From Takakia lepidozioides (Eukaryota; Plantae; Bryophyta), in assembly GCA_030704615.1 (NCBI GenBank), contig CM060731.1:85188001-85252000 (forward strand): a stretch of 64,000 nt of DNA, in the 5' to 3' direction. The notes below the pieces were generated by a model. The model made no database searches. It was not told the origin of the DNA and saw only the letters and a program-made list of their open reading frames with translations. How positions within the stretch are numbered: position 1 is the stretch's first letter; each line of letters starts with the position of its first letter. Shown here in pieces: positions 59,801 through 64,000 of the stretch. The position numbers were made by a program, and so were the translations under genes.

Positions 59801-62800
59801 GAGCCATGACAAGAGAAACTTACAAAAACAAAACTCACATGAGATATTGAAGCAGCATGTTTGCCATTGCACAAAACACAAACAAACAACGTTAATGAAG
59901 AGATGAGAGAATTGATTGAAGAGATGTCAATGACGGCGTGACGGAGCAGGCAGACATTCTCGCATGGCGGCGAAATCAAATCAGTTGAAAGCATTTCATT
60001 TGGACCTGCACCTGTACTATCTAGAACCGCATGTACGCCATCCATCTTTGCTCCAGATCTCGCTCCGGGTATAACACCCCCCCAATCTCGATGTCGGTTC
60101 TCTAGCCAGTTAGTAAGCTCGATGGGATTTGCCGGTTCCCTTCCATAGCCGGGTCTCTGTGGGCTGCACTTTCCGGTTATGCATATGTGCATAACCGGCC
60201 AATAACCGCCGAGTATGCATGTCCAGATGCCATACCCGGCCAACACTGGTTATTACCCAGACCCAGACCCATGTCATCACCAAAAACCCGCACCCGCCTG
60301 TTAGGTCCAGAACCTGTTAAACCCGCTACCCGCGGGCCACTATAGGGGCTTAGGGTCCGGTCTTGCTTTTAGGTGGGGTCTGCGGGGTCCACCTTAGATG
60401 TGGTAGGCTTTGCATTGTGTGTGGAGGGGACGAACAATAGGCCGCAGCCACCCCCCACCAAGTTGTAGCCCAGTGGTAATGGCCACATACCACCTCAAAA
60501 GTGGTTGTGGGTTCCATCCACAGGTTGGTGTCAAAAGGTTGTGCCTTTTGGGGACACCATAATTTACGCCTCCCGAAGGAGGCGTCATATATTATTATTA
60601 GGCCAGCTCCCACACATCCATGCTACAGTGACCTATGAGCCTTGAGACATATTACTGTTCTTGACATGTTTAAGAATTGGTATTGAAGAATGGAACTCAA
60701 ATTCTAGTTTAACTCTTGTATTAAATGAGGAATACATATTCATGGTACATTTTGAAAGAATGTGTCTTAAAGTAAAATTCATTATTAGGATTTTAATTTC
60801 ATTTCAAGCCAATTTTTCTAATCCTTAATTAATCTTACTTTTCTAATTTATTTAATCAATTAATTAGGACCCGGATCCGAACCCGTGAACCCGCTAATAT
60901 TTCGCAACAACCACCCGGACTCGGACCCGAATTTTCCAAATTTTGAAAACCCGGATCCGAACCCGGACTTGGTTCCAAAAGAAAACCCGAACCCGGACCC
61001 GGACCCGGCGGGTTCATTAAAAAGGCACTACCCGCACAACACTGGAATCCACCCCACAATACCTATTCTCCCTCCATACATACATTCAAACGCACCACAA
61101 GGAGAGTTTGGTCGTGCAAGCTCAACTCAAGACTCACGACCACGAGCGTGAGGATAAGATGTTTTAGGTGTCAAGTTTATCTTGACACTTGATTTAACAC
61201 TTGAACTAATTTCAAATGTTAAAATATAAATAACTGGATATATTCTAATTAGTTTCACATCAATATATGAAGCGAGACGTTTGTTTGTTTGTTTACAAGT
61301 TTGTTTTGTAGTGTCGTTGAGATACCCATATGTTTCAATTTTTCCGTCGGTGGGACGTTGCAGAATTTGACCTCCTCGATGTTGCCCTTTCCGAAGATGT
61401 TGTGAAGTGATGTTGTGATGGTTGATTGAGAGTAAGTAGCGTTGAGGTTTTGGATCATAATAATGAGGGCATTGCGTTCGGCATCGATTTTTGTATTGCG
61501 TTGCCTTGATACCTGTCATATTGACCTTCCTGGTGCGAAGCTGGGGCTTGAGTAGAGTGTTCTCTATGTGGACTCCCATCGCCAGCATCCTTGTCTTTGT
61601 GTCTTATGGCAACGTAAATGAATCCGAATTTGGATTCGGGTCCAGCTTTGTTGACATGCATGATTTCAAATTCATCTCCGTGCAGGTACGTTTCCATCAT
61701 AAAATGCATGGATAGCTTGTAGCCAATGGTGCCTACCTGCCAGGTACAGGGAAAGATGTTTGGCTGAAGCCAACATATCGAACGTTTTTTCGACCTTGCC
61801 CTGCAGCGATTCACCGGAAGCCATCTGCATGACAATGCATGGTTGCCTCGAAGTACCACTGTTTTCGTCTTTGGCTGGGTGCAGGAGTTTGATATTTAGT
61901 TCAGGTTGCGGTGCTCAAAGAAGAATGTTGGCTTGTTCTAGAACAGCTAATGTGGCTTGTTGACCTGACCAATTTTTGGTGCCGTGTTTGATGTATGCTG
62001 AGATAGGGGAGAAGAGAGTGTTTCCCATAGGGATATCCATATCCTCAAATCGCTTTCTGGCTCTGTAGAGTGCCTGCTCTTTTGGCATTTTTGTGTCTTT
62101 GTCGAACCATATAATGATGTGGTATGGAGATGATGACAGTCCAGAAGCCGGATCAATTGAGGTGCCCTTGGGGAGCTGAGTAAGTGGGTAGAGTTGCCCG
62201 TCGCATCCGTCGGGCCTTGTGGCTGGGAAGTAGAGTTGGGGGATATGGGGGAGTGCTTTCGGATAGAATCGTCGGAGTTCCTAGATCTTAGAAACTTGAA
62301 GGCCCAGTTCCTGGAGCTCTACCGTTGAGGAGGTTTACTATTTCATGAGCCCATGAGCGTGGATCCACGGAATTAGAAATTATTTGCCGTTATTGACGGT
62401 AATGGGATATATATCCACGGTAATAGGCACTGTTTATGAACTCCGGGGACGCGGCTAGGCCTATTGCGGCGCCGTTATTCACATTAAGGGTTTGGAAAAA
62501 GAATTGAAAATGGTAGGAGATGGGGTTAATCACGGTGCCGCAATACCAGCTTCGTGCTTCTCGAAAAATTTCCCGGTAGTGATGACCTAAGACCGGCCTA
62601 TTGTGACGACGTTTTTTTGTTTGTGGTCACCCAAATTTATAAAGTAAAGCCTGACATTTGCTTATTGCAACACCGTTATATCATTTGCAAAGGCTTTGTT
62701 GCTCCAAATACCTTATTGTTGTGTCGTTTTTCTGTTGAAGATAAGAGGTCCCATCACAGAATACAATTGAATTGGCTTTTTTTAAGACTAAATAAATCCC

Positions 62801-63108
62801 ACACTGACTGAAGAGAGACTAGGAAATTGCCATCCACACTTGAACACAAAAGTTTTTTAAGAAAAAAAAAATTATTCATGAAAGGAACGACAAGTGTTCC
62901 GTCCGTGTCCAAAACAAAAAGTGTTATATGTCAATGATCCACTATCACTCTCCACAACCAAGCTCTATCCCTGCAAGAACTTGTTCAGGCTGTCCTTCAC
63001 CTACATCCAATCCTTCCGCCTTGCTACTGCTATGACTCTCACCATCCCTCCCCTCAAATATACCATCCTCCCCAATTGGAACTCTCCACCTAGCTTGCAA
63101 AGTGTCCT

Positions 63109-64000
63109 CACTACAACAGATGAGCGTTTTTATGACTTCACATATGACTATTTTTTCAGTCTTACATGCATTCATGACTACATCACTCTGTAGTGAAAAA
63201 AGCCCTGTCATAGCGACTAGTCTTTAGGACTGCGTTTTGCAAGTCATATCCGTGACTGCTTGCGTGGCACCTGGAGTCATGCTGCAGAGAGGGTTGCAGT
63301 CACAACTATATGACTAATATATGACTACATTGTCTGTTGAGCGCTGCCTACATGGAGAGGCTTCAGCGGGACACGTGCGCGACTGCGCAAGTGACACGTC
63401 ATGCATTCGTCAGGGGATCATATGACTATATGTCTGCAAAGTGATGCCTACATGGAGAGGCGACGGATGGACACATGCGCCACTGCGAATTTGACATGTC
63501 ACGACTTCTTGCCATGATCATATGACTACATGTCTGCACAGTGATGCCTACATAGAGAGGCGCTAGCGGGACACGTGTACTATGGCAGATTTCACACGTG
63601 GCGACTACATGACTCGTTCATATGACTACTGGGATGTCTACATGGAGAGTTGTTAGCGGGACACCTGTTGCACTTGAGATGTGACATGTGGCACACAGAC
63701 AAAATATATGACTAGCATATATGACTACGGATCTTTACACGTGGTGAAAATATGGATAAAGAATGTCGTGTCATATACTGCCACGTGTTTTGGTTTGAGC
63801 AGGTGTGATGCCACGTGTCATCAAGATTGTTTTCCGAAATAATTTATATTTTTAATGTTTATATTTTAATTTTTAGTTTTTATTTAATATTTAAAAGAAC
63901 ATGGGGATTGCAGCCTTGGAAAAAAAATTAAATTGTATTATTTTTAATAATAATATTTAAAATGAAAGTGGATTAAATGATTTAAATTCTTCATTACATG
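63109..64000. mobile_element. Left end of a CACTA (En/Spm) element with subterminal tandem repeats
   Basis: CACTACAACAGA terminus; many ATGACTA motifs; other end lies outside the window. Confidence 0.6.
63318..63730. repeat. ~100-bp tandem repeat, about 4 units
   Basis: atatgactac...cctacatggagagg...gggacacgtg recurs at ~100-bp spacing. Confidence 0.85.

Larger units (their letters stand above)
55077..60248 (-). mobile_element. Inner hAT transposon with decayed transposase and captured gene fragments
   Basis: 17-bp TIR CAG(G/T)GTTGGCCGGGTAT; perfect 8-bp TSD GTTATTAC (55069-55076, 60249-60256). Confidence 0.92.
55014..61044. mobile_element. Outer non-autonomous hAT element (~0.85 kb without its insert)
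   Basis: TIR CAATGTTGTGC / GCACAACACTG; perfect 8-bp TSD GAATCCAC (55006-55013, 61045-61052); ACCCG subterminal motifs. Confidence 0.88.

Noticed and set aside
60338-60630. Small CACTA-like insert (CACTATAG...CTACAGTG) within the outer hAT
   Set aside because: Only an 8-bp imperfect inverted match and no TSD (ggc vs acc)
63318-63730. CRISPR-like or satellite array
   Set aside because: Whole units are homologous; better explained as CACTA subterminal repeats

Overview
Eukaryotic plant-type genomic DNA, probably from a non-seed land plant (inferred from TE content). One spliced minus-strand host gene spans about 6.6-53.4 kb. It encodes a RING + PHD-finger protein resembling Arabidopsis At4g10930. 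Four of its 5' introns are 6.6-11.5 kb long because they are filled with nested copies of an APE-RT LINE ('LINE-A': three near-full-length copies plus many fragments) and a second RTEX-like LINE ('LINE-B'). Left flank: a degenerate zinc-finger ORF of probable transposon origin and a truncated Ty3/Gypsy element. Right flank: nested MITEs, a hAT inside a hAT (both with perfect 8-bp TSDs; the inner one carries a decayed transposase plus captured RUS2-like and DCC1-like gene fragments), and the left end of a CACTA element. The most unusual item is a 365-bp non-autonomous LTR retrotransposon (TRIM, 16066-16430) whose two 145-bp LTRs each contain a tRNA-like cloverleaf with Pol III A/B boxes. LINE-A also shows TCT-initiated 12-14 bp TSDs and repeated antisense insertion at the same nucleotide of its own sequence. 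All homology calls are from recalled motifs; no database search was run.
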